DNA of 32,000 bases from Dickeya solani IPO 2222 (lineage in GTDB: Bacteria; Pseudomonadota; Gammaproteobacteria; Enterobacterales; Enterobacteriaceae). The notes beneath the pieces were generated by a model. That model made no database searches and was not told the DNA's origin. It saw nothing but the letters and a program-made list of their open reading frames with translations. The stretch covers positions 2,190,001 to 2,222,000 of the forward strand of contig NZ_CP015137.1 of NCBI RefSeq assembly GCF_001644705.1. Direction: 5' to 3'. The translations under genes were made by a program, and so were the position numbers. Below are positions 1-9,043 of this stretch, piece after piece; positions within the stretch are counted from its first letter, which is position 1; each line of letters begins with the position of its first letter.

Positions 1-1
1 G

Positions 2-850
2 CGGCTGACCACCAACGCCTGGCTGACTTCGGTGGCGGCCAGCGGCGCGGTGCTGGGCAGCCTGGTGTCGGGGCTGCTGGTCGCCGGTTTCGGCTATCCG
101 GTGGTGTTTGTGCTGAACGTGGCGACCTATCTGGCAGCCGCGCTGCTGATTCTGCCGTTGCGTATGGTCGAAAAACCGCAACCCCGCACGGGCCGGCGCG
201 ATCGGCTCAGCGAGTGGCGTCAACTGAAAGCAGGGCTGCGCAGCGCGCCGATGCTGGCGGGCATGCTGATCGTCAGCATGGCGGACACCCTCGGCAGCGC
301 CGCGCATAACGTGGGCTTTCCGGTGTTGTCCGCATTGATTTCGCCCGACAGCGCCAGTAAGACCATGGGGTTGATGCTGGCGCTGTGGGCGGTGGGCAAA
401 TTCGCCGGCGCGCGGGTCAGCGGTTTTCTGCTCAGACAAGGGCAGCGCCGGGCGATGGAGCGGGCTTTTTTTATCGGCGTGGCGCTGATGTCTACCGGTT
501 TTATTCTGACCTTCCAGCAAACCGGGCTGACGTGGCTGCTGGTGTTTGTGGTGTGGGCGGGCATTGGCGATGGCGTGGCGGAGGTCAGCCTGATTTCCCG
601 CGCGCAGAGCGAACCGGAATCCCTGCGTCTGCCTATTTTCAGCCTGCTGACGTTGATGCAGATGACCGGGTTCGGCATCGGCATGCTGGTGGTGGCGCCG
701 TTTTATGTGTGGTGGACGCCCGCGGCGGTGATTGTGCTGTTTCACGGTTTGCCGCTGTCCATGCTGCTGGTGGTACAGGGGTGGGCCTACCGTTATGGTC
801 AGCGTACTCAGCTCGCCAAAGGTGATGTCGCGAAGCAGCGCGATGCGTAG
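2..850 (+). CDS. MFS transporter, C-terminal portion (5' end lies outside the window)
   Basis: The reading frame is open from position 2, so the ATG at 32 is internal. The translation is a run of hydrophobic helices with short charged loops, typical of the second half of a 12-TM MFS protein. Confidence 0.75.
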   Translation, partial: RLTTNAWLTSVAASGAVLGSLVSGLLVAGFGYPVVFVLNVATYLAAALLILPLRMVEKPQPRTGRRDRLSEWRQLKAGLRSAPMLAGMLIVSMADTLGSAAHNVGFPVLSALISPDSASKTMGLMLALWAVGKFAGARVSGFLLRQGQRRAMERAFFIGVALMSTGFILTFQQTGLTWLLVFVVWAGIGDGVAEVSLISRAQSEPESLRLPIFSLLTLMQMTGFGIGMLVVAPFYVWWTPAAVIVLFHGLPLSMLLVVQGWAYRYGQRTQLAKGDVAKQRDA

Positions 851-888
851 CGGGAGGCAGCGGTACAGGGTGAAAGGGTCGGTGAACG

Positions 889-919
889 ACGGGATGTCAT
901 GTCACCGACATGCTCCCGT
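889..919. terminator. Imperfect hairpin between convergent genes (ACGGGA..CATGTC / GACATG..TCCCGT), no clear U tract
   Basis: Inverted repeat read directly from the sequence between the MFS stop (850) and the frc-like stop (946). No T run follows on either strand. Confidence 0.3.
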
Positions 920-945
920 CAGTATCAGTAAGAGGCATCACGCCA

Positions 946-2193
946 TCAAATGACATTCCTGTTGCGCAGGGCCGCTACCGCTTCGCTGTCATAACCCAGT
1001 TCGCGCAGCACCTCTTCGGTATGCTCGCCGTACAAAGGGGAGCGGGTGATATCCACCGGGCTATCGGACATTTTTATCGGCATGCCAACGGTGGTGTACC
1101 TGCCACGCGTTGGATGATCGACCTCGACGATAGTGCCGCTGGCGTGCAGGGCATCATCTCTGGCGATCTCTTTCATTGAAAGAACCGGGCCGCAGGGGAT
1201 GTCATAGTGGTTGAGAATTTCCATCACCTCGAACTTACTCTTGGTCATCGTCCACTGTTCGATACGCTGGAAGATCGCTTTTAATCTTGGCAGGCGGGCG
1301 GCGGGCGTGTTGAAACACGCGTCCTCGATCCAGCCATTTTCGCCGATCAGGTTGCATATCGCCGGCCAAACCGCCGCCTGAGCGATGAGATAGAGGTAGG
1401 CGTTGTGGTCGGTTTCCCACCCCTTGCATTTGAGGATAGACCCCGGTTGCCCCCCGCCAGAAGCATTGCCTGCACGAGGCACCGCCTCGCCAAAGCGACC
1501 ATCCGGGAATTGTGGATATTCTTCCAATACGCCGGTACGTTCCAGTCGTTGTTGGTCACGCAGTTTGACCCGGCATAGATTGAGCACGGCATCTTGCATT
1601 GATACCGAGACTTTTTGTCCGCGTCCGGAGGTGTGACGCTGGAAAAGTGCGGAAACAATGCCAAGCGCGAGGTGCAAACCTGAGCCTGAATCGCCGATCT
1701 GTGCGCTAGTGACAACGGGTGGCCCATCGTTGAAGCCGGTGGTTGATGCTGCGCCGCCAGCGCATTGCGCCACGTTTTCATAGGATTTGCAGTCCTCGTA
1801 GCGACCGGGGCCAAAGCCTTTGACCGAGGCGAGGATCAGCCGTGGATTGACGGCATGGATGTGTTCCCAGGTCAGGCCCATGCGCTCCAGCGCGCCGGGA
1901 GCAAAATTCTCCACCAGTACGTCACAGCGTTGGATCAGGCTATCTACGATCTGCAGGCCTTCGGGCGTTTTGGTGTTGAGTGTCACGGCGCGTTTGTTGT
2001 GATTCAGCATGGTAAAATACAAACTGTCCACGCCGGGAATGTCGCGTAATTGCTTGCGTGTCGCGTCACCCTCGCCGACGCGCTCTATCTTGATAACGTC
2101 TGCGCCCATCCAGGCGAGCAACTGGGTACAGCTTGGGCCAGATTGCACATGGGTAAAATCGATAATTCTGATCCCGTCTAGTGCTTTGCTCAT
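946..2193 (-). CDS. frc: Formyl-CoA:oxalate CoA-transferase paralog (family III CoA-transferase, Frc/YfdW type), divergent copy
   Basis: 415 aa, collinear with recalled E. coli YfdW and O. formigenes Frc. Shared segments include [63 protein letters not shown] and [14 protein letters not shown] lies 7 nt upstream of the ATG at 2193. The glycine loop reads [10 protein letters not shown] rather than [10 protein letters not shown]. Confidence 0.88.
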   Translation of the reverse strand: MSKALDGIRIIDFTHVQSGPSCTQLLAWMGADVIKIERVGEGDATRKQLRDIPGVDSLYFTMLNHNKRAVTLNTKTPEGLQIVDSLIQRCDVLVENFAPGALERMGLTWEHIHAVNPRLILASVKGFGPGRYEDCKSYENVAQCAGGAASTTGFNDGPPVVTSAQIGDSGSGLHLALGIVSALFQRHTSGRGQKVSVSMQDAVLNLCRVKLRDQQRLERTGVLEEYPQFPDGRFGEAVPRAGNASGGGQPGSILKCKGWETDHNAYLYLIAQAAVWPAICNLIGENGWIEDACFNTPAARLPRLKAIFQRIEQWTMTKSKFEVMEILNHYDIPCGPVLSMKEIARDDALHASGTIVEVDHPTRGRYTTVGMPIKMSDSPVDITRSPLYGEHTEEVLRELGYDSEAVAALRNRNVI

Positions 2194-2245
2194 GAAAATT
2201 CTCCTTAGTTCTATTCACCTCTGCTCATTATTCCTTGGGTCTGTG

Positions 2246-2277
2246 CGCCCTGATTATCCGTCGTGACGGTCAGGGCG
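2246..2277 (-). other. Intercistronic stem-loop between the PAS gene and the downstream frc paralog
   Basis: CGCCCTGA pairs with TCAGGGCG, with an inner CCGT/ACGG pairing, inside the 89 nt spacer. No U tract follows, so this is more likely an mRNA stability or processing element than a terminator. Confidence 0.35.
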
Positions 2278-2282
2278 TGTCA

Positions 2283-2726
2283 TCAGCCGCTTGATGATGA
2301 CGGCGGTGTTGCCCGCTGTTCTGCCTCAGCCAGGTGCTGGCGCAATGCGCGTTCTTCGTTGAAGCGTGCCGTGTCGTCGCGGATGATGGCGACGATGGAG
2401 ACGGGCCGCCCGGCTTGCGCTGGTAGCAGTGCTACGGTGAAGGCGATGGAAATCGTATTGCCGTCACGCGTCAGAGCCGGGACGCGAAGTAGCGAGGTAC
2501 CGTATCGGGTTAGGCCGCTTTGCATGGTCTGGTGATAGCCGGACCAGTGCCGCTGGCGTTGCCGCTCAGGAATGATGATGTCGAGCGAGGCACCCAACGC
2601 CTCGCTCTGGGTGAAGCCGAACAAGCGTTCGGCTGCGGGATTCCAGGCAGTGATGAGACCGTCGGCATCACAAATAACCACGGCATCTCCTACTGCGGTA
2701 AGGAACTGCTGTAGTGTGGGCGTCAT
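2283..2726 (-). CDS. Stand-alone PAS-domain protein with no output domain
   Basis: 147 aa with a PAS S-box pattern (AVVICDADGLITAWNPAAERLFGF..EALG..L). This is followed by IIPERQRQRHWSGYHQTM..G and a beta-strand-rich core. The start lies 5 nt after the upstream frc stop. Confidence 0.8.
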   Translation of the reverse strand: MTPTLQQFLTAVGDAVVICDADGLITAWNPAAERLFGFTQSEALGASLDIIIPERQRQRHWSGYHQTMQSGLTRYGTSLLRVPALTRDGNTISIAFTVALLPAQAGRPVSIVAIIRDDTARFNEERALRQHLAEAEQRATPPSSSSG

Positions 2727-2731
2727 CGTGT

Positions 2732-4009
2732 TTACACCGCTTTGGCTGCATGAATGAGCGCAATCTGCTCTGTTGAGTAGCCCAGTTCCGCCAGTACGCC
2801 GTCGGTGTGTTCGCCGAGCAGCGGTGAGGCGGTAATCTCTGGTTTGAGAGTCGAGAACTTGATCGGACAGCCGACGGTCCAGTAACTGCCGCGTACTTTG
2901 TGTGGCACTTCGACGATGGAACCGCTCTTACGCAGCGATTCGTCGTGCAGCAGTTCTTTCATCGACATCACCGGCGCACAGGGGATGCCGAACTTACCAA
3001 AGTATTCCACCGCATCGAATTTGTTTTTGCCGGTCCTCAGAATGAAACTTTCGATGGCGCCGAAAATATCCATGATGTGCGGCTGGCGCGCTTTCGGCGT
3101 GGTATAGGCCGGGTCTTCCCGCCATTCCGGGCGCTCTATCGCATCGCAAATCGGCGTCCATACCAGGTCCTGTACCGTGAAGTAGATGTAGGCATTAGGG
3201 TCGGTCTCCCAGCCTTTACACTTGAGGATCCAGCCGGGCTGACCGCCACCGCCGGCATTACCGCCGCGCGGTACCACGTCGGAGAACGGCTCATGCGGAT
3301 ATTGCGGGTACTCTTCCAGATAGCCGACGTTATCCAGACGCAGTTGATCGCGCATTTTGACGCGGCAGAGGTTGAGCACGGCGTCCTGCATAGCGCAGGC
3401 GACTTTCTGCCCTTTACCGGTTTTCTGACGACCGATGTACGCAGTCAGAATACCGATGGCCAAATGCATACCGGTATTGCTGTCACCTAATGCGGCGGCC
3501 GAAATGGTCGGTACGGCATTTTCACCCTTCCACCAGCCAGTGGTTGACGCCGCCCCGCCTGCGCATTGCGCTACGTTTTCATAGGCTCGCAGGTGTTCGT
3601 AGTGGTGGCCTTCACTGAAGCCTTTGACAGAAGCCAGGATCATGCGGGGGTTCAGTTCCTGGATGTGCTCCCAGGTAAACCCCATGCGATCCAGCGCGCC
3701 GGGACCGAAGTTTTCCACCATCACGTCGGATTCTTTGATAAGCCGGGTCAGTACTTCCTTGCCCTCGGGCTTTTTAGTATCCAGTGTGAGCGAGCGCTTG
3801 TTGCTGTTGAGCATGGTGAAATACAGGGCGTCAGCATCCGGGATGTCGCGTAATTGGTTACGGGTGATGTCGCCTGAACCCGGACGTTCGATTTTGATTA
3901 CGTCCGCACCGAACCACGCCAGCATTTGTGTACAGGCCGGGCCAGCCTGTACGTGTGTGAAATCGATGATCTTGACGCCGGCCAAAGGCAAATCTTTTTT
4001 GTTATTCAT
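2732..4009 (-). CDS. frc: Formyl-CoA:oxalate CoA-transferase (canonical copy)
   Basis: Closely collinear with recalled E. coli YfdW, including [29 protein letters not shown] and [13 protein letters not shown] prefer the internal ATG at 4009 ([17 protein letters not shown]) because GGAGA lies 7 nt upstream. The track ORF start at 4042 adds 11 unsupported residues. Confidence 0.92.
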   Translation of the reverse strand: MNNKKDLPLAGVKIIDFTHVQAGPACTQMLAWFGADVIKIERPGSGDITRNQLRDIPDADALYFTMLNSNKRSLTLDTKKPEGKEVLTRLIKESDVMVENFGPGALDRMGFTWEHIQELNPRMILASVKGFSEGHHYEHLRAYENVAQCAGGAASTTGWWKGENAVPTISAAALGDSNTGMHLAIGILTAYIGRQKTGKGQKVACAMQDAVLNLCRVKMRDQLRLDNVGYLEEYPQYPHEPFSDVVPRGGNAGGGGQPGWILKCKGWETDPNAYIYFTVQDLVWTPICDAIERPEWREDPAYTTPKARQPHIMDIFGAIESFILRTGKNKFDAVEYFGKFGIPCAPVMSMKELLHDESLRKSGSIVEVPHKVRGSYWTVGCPIKFSTLKPEITASPLLGEHTDGVLAELGYSTEQIALIHAAKAV

Positions 4010-4047
4010 AGAACTATCTCCAGTTTGTGTACGAATGACCAAAGCGA

Positions 4048-5793
4048 TTATTTTTTGATTGCTTTGGCTGGGTTCAGGTTGGTGATGCGGCCACTTTCTG
4101 TACCGACCGTCTCGTCGATGACGGCGTTGATCAGGGTCGGCTGACCGGAGGCAATGGCCTCGTTCATGGCGCGATGCAGTTCATCCGTGGTGGTGACATG
4201 TACGCCTACGCCGCCAAAAGCCTGCATCATCATTTCGTAGCGAGCGTCTTTGACGAACACGGTGGGAGCCATGTCGGCGCCGCCGGAGGCGTTGGTGTCG
4301 GTCCCTTTGTAAATACCGTTGTTGTTGAACACGACAATGCAGACGGGCAGGTGGTAACGGCAGATCGTTTCAACTTCCATGCCGCTAAAGCCGAAGGCGG
4401 AATCGCCCTCAATGGCGATGATAGGGTTGCCAGTGACAACCGCCCCGGCGACGGCAAAACCCATACCGATGCCCATAATCCCCCAGGTGCCGACATCCAG
4501 ACGTTTGCGCGGCAGGTACATGTCTACGATGCTGCGGCCAAAATCCAGCGTGTTGGCGCCTTCGCTGACGACGATGGCTTCAGGATTGTCCTTCACGACG
4601 TCTTTCACTACGCTCAGTGCGCTATGGAAGTTCATCGGCGATGGGCGTGCGGCCAGCATGTCGGCCATCTTGTTGACGTTTTTGGCTTTGCGTTCGGCGA
4701 TAACGCCGGTCCAGTCACGCGAGGGTTTGGCCCAGTCGTTGCCGATGCCGTTCAACAATGCTTTTACGCAAGAGCCGATATCACCAATAAGCGGCGCATC
4801 AATGGCGACATTGCTGTCGATTTCAGTCGGTGCGATATCGATTTGGATAAATTTCTTCGGCCCGTTTTCTTGCCCCCAGGTCTTGCCTTTACCGTGTGAG
4901 AGCAACCAGTTCAGACGCGCACCGATCAGCAGAACCACATCGGCTTCTTTCAATACGTAGGAACGTGTGGCGGCGGCTGACAGTTCATGCGTGTCAGGAA
5001 GCAAGCCCTTGGCCATGGACATCGGCAAGTAGGGGATACCGGTTTTTTCGACTAAGGCGCGAATCTCGGCATCGGCGCGTGCGTAAGCCGCCCCTTTGCC
5101 CAGCAGAATGAGGGGCCTTCTGGCGTTTTTGAGCAGATCAAGCGCACGGGCGACCGAATCCGGGGCGGGTAGCTGGCGTGGCGCAGGGTCTACGACCTTG
5201 ATTAATGATTTGCGGCCTGCATCCAGCGACAGGGTTTGCGAGAACAGTTTGGCCGGCAGATCCAGATAGACCCCGCCGGGGCGCCCGGATACGGCTGCGC
5301 GGATGGCACGGGCAATACCGACACCGATATCTTCGGCCCGTAACACGCGGAAGGCGGCCTTACACAGCGGTTTGGCGATGGCAAGTTGATCCATTTCTTC
5401 GTAATCGCCTTGTTGTAAATCGATGATTTCACGTTCGCTGGAACCACTAATCAGGATCATGGGGAAACAGTTGGTCGTCGCGTTGGCAAGCGCAGTCAAA
5501 CCATTCAGAAAGCCCGGTGCGGAAACCGTCATACAAATGCCGGGTTTGGCGGTGAGGAAACCGGCTGCCGCCGCCGCGTTACCGGCGTGCTGCTCATGAC
5601 GGAAGGAGATCACTCGCATGCCTTCCGCTTGGGCCATACGCAGAAGATCGGTAATCGGGATGCCTGGCAGGCCGAAGAGGGTATCAATATCGTTCAGTTT
5701 GAGTGCATCCAGAAAGAGATGAAATCCATCAATCAATGTTGTTTTTTCTGATGCCGCATCAATTGCGGTATCAATTTCAGTAATAGAAGACAT
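4048..5793 (-). CDS. oxc: Oxalyl-CoA decarboxylase (thiamine-diphosphate dependent)
   Basis: 581 aa, collinear with recalled E. coli Oxc/YfdU. Shared segments include [66 protein letters not shown] and the [13 protein letters not shown] ThDP motif. Confidence 0.93.
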   Translation of the reverse strand: MSSITEIDTAIDAASEKTTLIDGFHLFLDALKLNDIDTLFGLPGIPITDLLRMAQAEGMRVISFRHEQHAGNAAAAAGFLTAKPGICMTVSAPGFLNGLTALANATTNCFPMILISGSSEREIIDLQQGDYEEMDQLAIAKPLCKAAFRVLRAEDIGVGIARAIRAAVSGRPGGVYLDLPAKLFSQTLSLDAGRKSLIKVVDPAPRQLPAPDSVARALDLLKNARRPLILLGKGAAYARADAEIRALVEKTGIPYLPMSMAKGLLPDTHELSAAATRSYVLKEADVVLLIGARLNWLLSHGKGKTWGQENGPKKFIQIDIAPTEIDSNVAIDAPLIGDIGSCVKALLNGIGNDWAKPSRDWTGVIAERKAKNVNKMADMLAARPSPMNFHSALSVVKDVVKDNPEAIVVSEGANTLDFGRSIVDMYLPRKRLDVGTWGIMGIGMGFAVAGAVVTGNPIIAIEGDSAFGFSGMEVETICRYHLPVCIVVFNNNGIYKGTDTNASGGADMAPTVFVKDARYEMMMQAFGGVGVHVTTTDELHRAMNEAIASGQPTLINAVIDETVGTESGRITNLNPAKAIKK

Positions 5794-5846
5794 AAGACCT
5801 CGCTTTAATTTCCAATGTCATTAGTTTCTGTAATAAAGTTAAGTTT

Positions 5847-7154
5847 TTAGTGCGTGGTTATTAGCATTTCATTCGTTTCCTTCCAGATGGGAGGATGTTT
5901 CCAAAGTGGAATAAGAACGAGCCCGGAAAGTAACGCCATGACGGAGGAGACAATGATGGTGAAGGGGGTGCCATAGGTGGAGAGTAAATAGGCAGAGAGC
6001 ACGCCACCATAAATCCCGCCTAGCCCCTTGGCTGAGGCATACAGCATGCCGTAGTTGGAACCAGAAGCGACTTCGCCGTAGTAATAACCAACGATTGAAG
6101 CAAACAGTGAATATAACGCCCCCCAGAAGAAGATCGATATAATACAGCTGCTGATGAATCCTGTTGCGCTGCCTGCTTCGGCAAGAAACAGCGCTACAAG
6201 GGAAAACAAACCGCTCAGGATATAAAAGATAGTCATGGTTTTATCGATGCCGATTTTATCCGCAATCCAGCCGCCAACAACCCGGCTAAGGCCGCTTGTA
6301 ATTGCCATCCCGACGGTAACTACCGTGCCTGCCGTCAGACTAAAGTGAAACGCCGACGCAAACTTGATGCTATTTGAAATAAAGGTTAAACCAGACGCGG
6401 ATACCAAAACGAAAGAGGCAATTAACACCCAGAACTGCCAGGTATGCATTGCTTCTCCCATACTGTATTGCTTCTCGCAAGGACGTTTTACTAGTTTATT
6501 CTTTGTTGCCGATGATGGTGTAAAATAGCGCCAGCCTTTCGGTGGGTCTTTCATTAACAGGCCCGTGATAATAATGACTCCGGAGATGACCGCAGCCATA
6601 ATAAAAATCACATTAAAAAATATATTATCCGGGGCGTCTTCTGGAATACTGCGGATTGGGAAAATAAAAGGTAATGCTCCCCAGGAGAAAGCAGCAGAAA
6701 TAAGACCTATGGTGATGTTCCTGTGGTCAGGGAACCACTTGTTGCAGGTGGTAATCGCCGCGTTATAGACGAATCCGCAGAAAAAACAACCAATACACCA
6801 GACAGTGAGCACGACTTTATAGGACAGTACCTGCCCAAAGGCACAAACCAGAAGGCCGATGCCCGAAAAAATACCGGCGACGACAGAAACTGCCTTCGGG
6901 CCAAACTTGTCACGAAAAATCCCTCCGGGCAAGGTGCCGAATGCCTGAAAAATGACGAACATGCTAAACATCAGCGATATTTTGGTTGGGTCCCAGCCAT
7001 AAGTTTTTGCAAAATGCGGTGCAATGACCGACCAGGCGTATTCATAAGGGCTAATAACGGACATTGCCAAAAAAGCCAATGCGAAAAGCCACCATCGGTT
7101 GAAACCGAGTATGTCCTTATCCGTTCGCTTTTGCATAGTTATTATTTCACTCAT
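5847..7154 (-). CDS. oxlT: Oxalate:formate antiporter family (OFA) MFS transporter, OxlT-like
   Basis: Shares OxlT landmarks as recalled: NRWW near the N-terminus, FRDKFGP, NKWFPDHR and QFWVL, with 12 predicted helices. I prefer the start at 7154 (MSEIITMQ) because GGAGA lies 7 nt upstream. The track start at 7238 adds 28 residues with no RBS. Confidence 0.8.
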   Translation of the reverse strand: MSEIITMQKRTDKDILGFNRWWLFALAFLAMSVISPYEYAWSVIAPHFAKTYGWDPTKISLMFSMFVIFQAFGTLPGGIFRDKFGPKAVSVVAGIFSGIGLLVCAFGQVLSYKVVLTVWCIGCFFCGFVYNAAITTCNKWFPDHRNITIGLISAAFSWGALPFIFPIRSIPEDAPDNIFFNVIFIMAAVISGVIIITGLLMKDPPKGWRYFTPSSATKNKLVKRPCEKQYSMGEAMHTWQFWVLIASFVLVSASGLTFISNSIKFASAFHFSLTAGTVVTVGMAITSGLSRVVGGWIADKIGIDKTMTIFYILSGLFSLVALFLAEAGSATGFISSCIISIFFWGALYSLFASIVGYYYGEVASGSNYGMLYASAKGLGGIYGGVLSAYLLSTYGTPFTIIVSSVMALLSGLVLIPLWKHPPIWKETNEMLITTH

Positions 7155-7218
7155 AATACACTCTCCTGATTTAGAGAATTTGAAAATAAGAGTTGTAGCG
7201 AAACAGGAAGGGAATAAT

Positions 7219-7238
7219 GTGGCCATAATAATGGCCAC
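7219..7238. promoter_or_regulatory. Perfect palindrome GTGGCCAT-AATA-ATGGCCAC upstream of the oxlT-like gene
   Basis: An 8 bp inverted repeat with a 4 nt spacer, read directly, 65-85 nt upstream of the preferred oxlT start. It is a GC-rich island inside an AT-rich region and a candidate regulator binding site. Confidence 0.3.
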
Positions 7239-7796
7239 TTATTCACAACATGTTTACTTGATTTGTCTATTTATGATTTCTTTTATTTGCAGGTGTATTG
7301 ACTGTCTTACTTGCCTCCATTTCTTTACTTATTCCAACGATATGGCTTTACGCGATGGTTACATGTGTGTCGGATGAGTTATTGTTCACCTGACTAATTG
7401 ATTCGGTTTTTAATTATTTCTCTTCGCTACAGGCGAAGTCTGATGAATTTTTAAATCACTGTATTTTTCTGGATACAGATGGTTACGATTTTAAAATCGA
7501 GAATGATTAAGAACATACTTATACAACTCATCAGAAATAGACCTCCTGCGTAATTCAATGTTATCGACGATAAAGCAATGTGAAACATTGTCGTTACCAA
7601 TTAATAACCATTCACCTTTTATTTGTATTGGCTGCTTCCTCTTTAATAAATTATGGAGGTTTTTCTGGTCATTTTGATAACTGATTTGTTGTCGTCATAA
7701 TAAAATTGCTCTTCGTTCTTTTTCTGGTATTTATTAATAACCACAAGCTGCTGACTGTGGAAATGTTTTTTTTTAATCTATCGATGACTTTAAATC

Positions 7797-8693
7797 ATGA
7801 ATATTTCAAATATATCGTTAAGACAGTTACGCATTTTTTTAGCCGTTGCAGAGCATCATGGCTTTAGCCGTGCTGGCAACATGATTTCCCTGACTCAGTC
7901 TGCTATGAGTCACAGTATCGGTGATCTGGAAAGTGAGTTGGGGATCCGGTTATTTGAGCGCACGACCCGGGAGGTTTTGTTAACGCAAGAGGGGGCTGAG
8001 TTGTCAGAAGCACTCCGTCGTGTGCTGGGTGAACTGGAAACGACACTCTGTACTGCTCAAAGCCGGGCGGAGCGACGACGTGGGTTGGTGCACGTAGCGA
8101 CCAGTCCGACGATTTCGGCAGGGATCATGCCTGACTGTATCATGCAGATTGCTGAAAATTACCCGCAGGTCAATCTGATCATCCATGATTGTGTACAGCA
8201 GCAGGCTATGCAGATGGTTGTGGATGGCGAGGTAGATTTTGGTGTGGTTATCGAATCTTCAGTACCGTCTGACCTGTATACGGAAACGTTTATGGAGGAG
8301 CCTTTCTGTCTGGTATTGCCCGAGAGTCACCCGGTTGCACGGCTAAACCGAGTGACATGGTGTGATTTGCAGAACCAGGAACTGGTATTGCTTGATTATG
8401 CTTCAGGTAGCCGCCGCTTAATCGATAACGCATTGATTCGTCATGGCGTTACACCTCATGTCATTCAGGAACTTGGGCATGTCACCACCATTTTTCGCAT
8501 TTTACAGTCGGGTATCGGGGTGTCGGTCATCCCGCAGCTGGCGTTATCTTCCCTTGAATGCTCTGGTCTGGCCGTACGTCAATTATGGCCAATAGAGAAC
8601 CGACGATTGCAATTGGTACGCCGCCGCAATCGTTCGCTTTCCACCGCCGCTACCGCAGTCTGGACGTTAGTTCAGAAACTTTGTCAGGCCTAG
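7797..8693 (+). CDS. LysR-family transcriptional regulator, divergent from the oxalate operon
   Basis: N-terminal wHTH signature (LRQLRIFLAVAEHHGFSRAG..LSLTQSAMSHSI..LE..LG..LFERT) followed by a roughly 200 aa LysR substrate-binding domain. Confidence 0.9.
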   Translation: MNISNISLRQLRIFLAVAEHHGFSRAGNMISLTQSAMSHSIGDLESELGIRLFERTTREVLLTQEGAELSEALRRVLGELETTLCTAQSRAERRRGLVHVATSPTISAGIMPDCIMQIAENYPQVNLIIHDCVQQQAMQMVVDGEVDFGVVIESSVPSDLYTETFMEEPFCLVLPESHPVARLNRVTWCDLQNQELVLLDYASGSRRLIDNALIRHGVTPHVIQELGHVTTIFRILQSGIGVSVIPQLALSSLECSGLAVRQLWPIENRRLQLVRRRNRSLSTAATAVWTLVQKLCQA

Positions 8694-9043
8694 CGTGTTA
8701 CCCGTGTCAGTCAGCAGTACCGGTAATTTGTTGTATAGATAATGAAAAAAACAGATTGATGATGGATTTGATGAACGGACGGACAGCCTATCTTGTCATC
8801 GATCATTATCTGGTCGAGTTTCCAGAAAAATGCACCGTGTACCGACCGCGCTGAGAACTATCAGAGAACGGTACAGACTGGTTATTTATGCTATTCATTT
8901 CATTGCGCCAATATCAGGGACGGTATCAGGTTTCAGGCAGGTCTACGTTATTCGGGGCTGCGGCGACCATTATGGTCAGCGTTGTGCAGCAAGGCTTTCT
9001 GGTGGGATGATGAACCCTCATCACGATCAAAAGGAGTAACACC

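Noticed and set aside
1765-3853. Two similar-looking + strand ORFs (1765-2049 and 3566-3853, both beginning MR.VFIG), which could be taken for a conserved antisense gene pair.
   Set aside because: They are simply the antisense frames of the same conserved segment in the two frc paralogs. Their similarity is inherited from the sense-strand homology.
4010-4042. N-terminal extensions in the ORF track for frc (4042). The same applies to oxlT (7238), LLM (13811), the ABC ATPase (16107), ghrB (24089), the yiaC-like gene (25175), marR (10117) and bhsA (19640).
   Set aside because: Internal starts align with the N-termini of recalled homologs. They also have Shine-Dalgarno sequences at 4-9 nt, or overlap the upstream stop as ATGA or GTGA. 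The extended versions add non-homologous residues or overlap the upstream gene.
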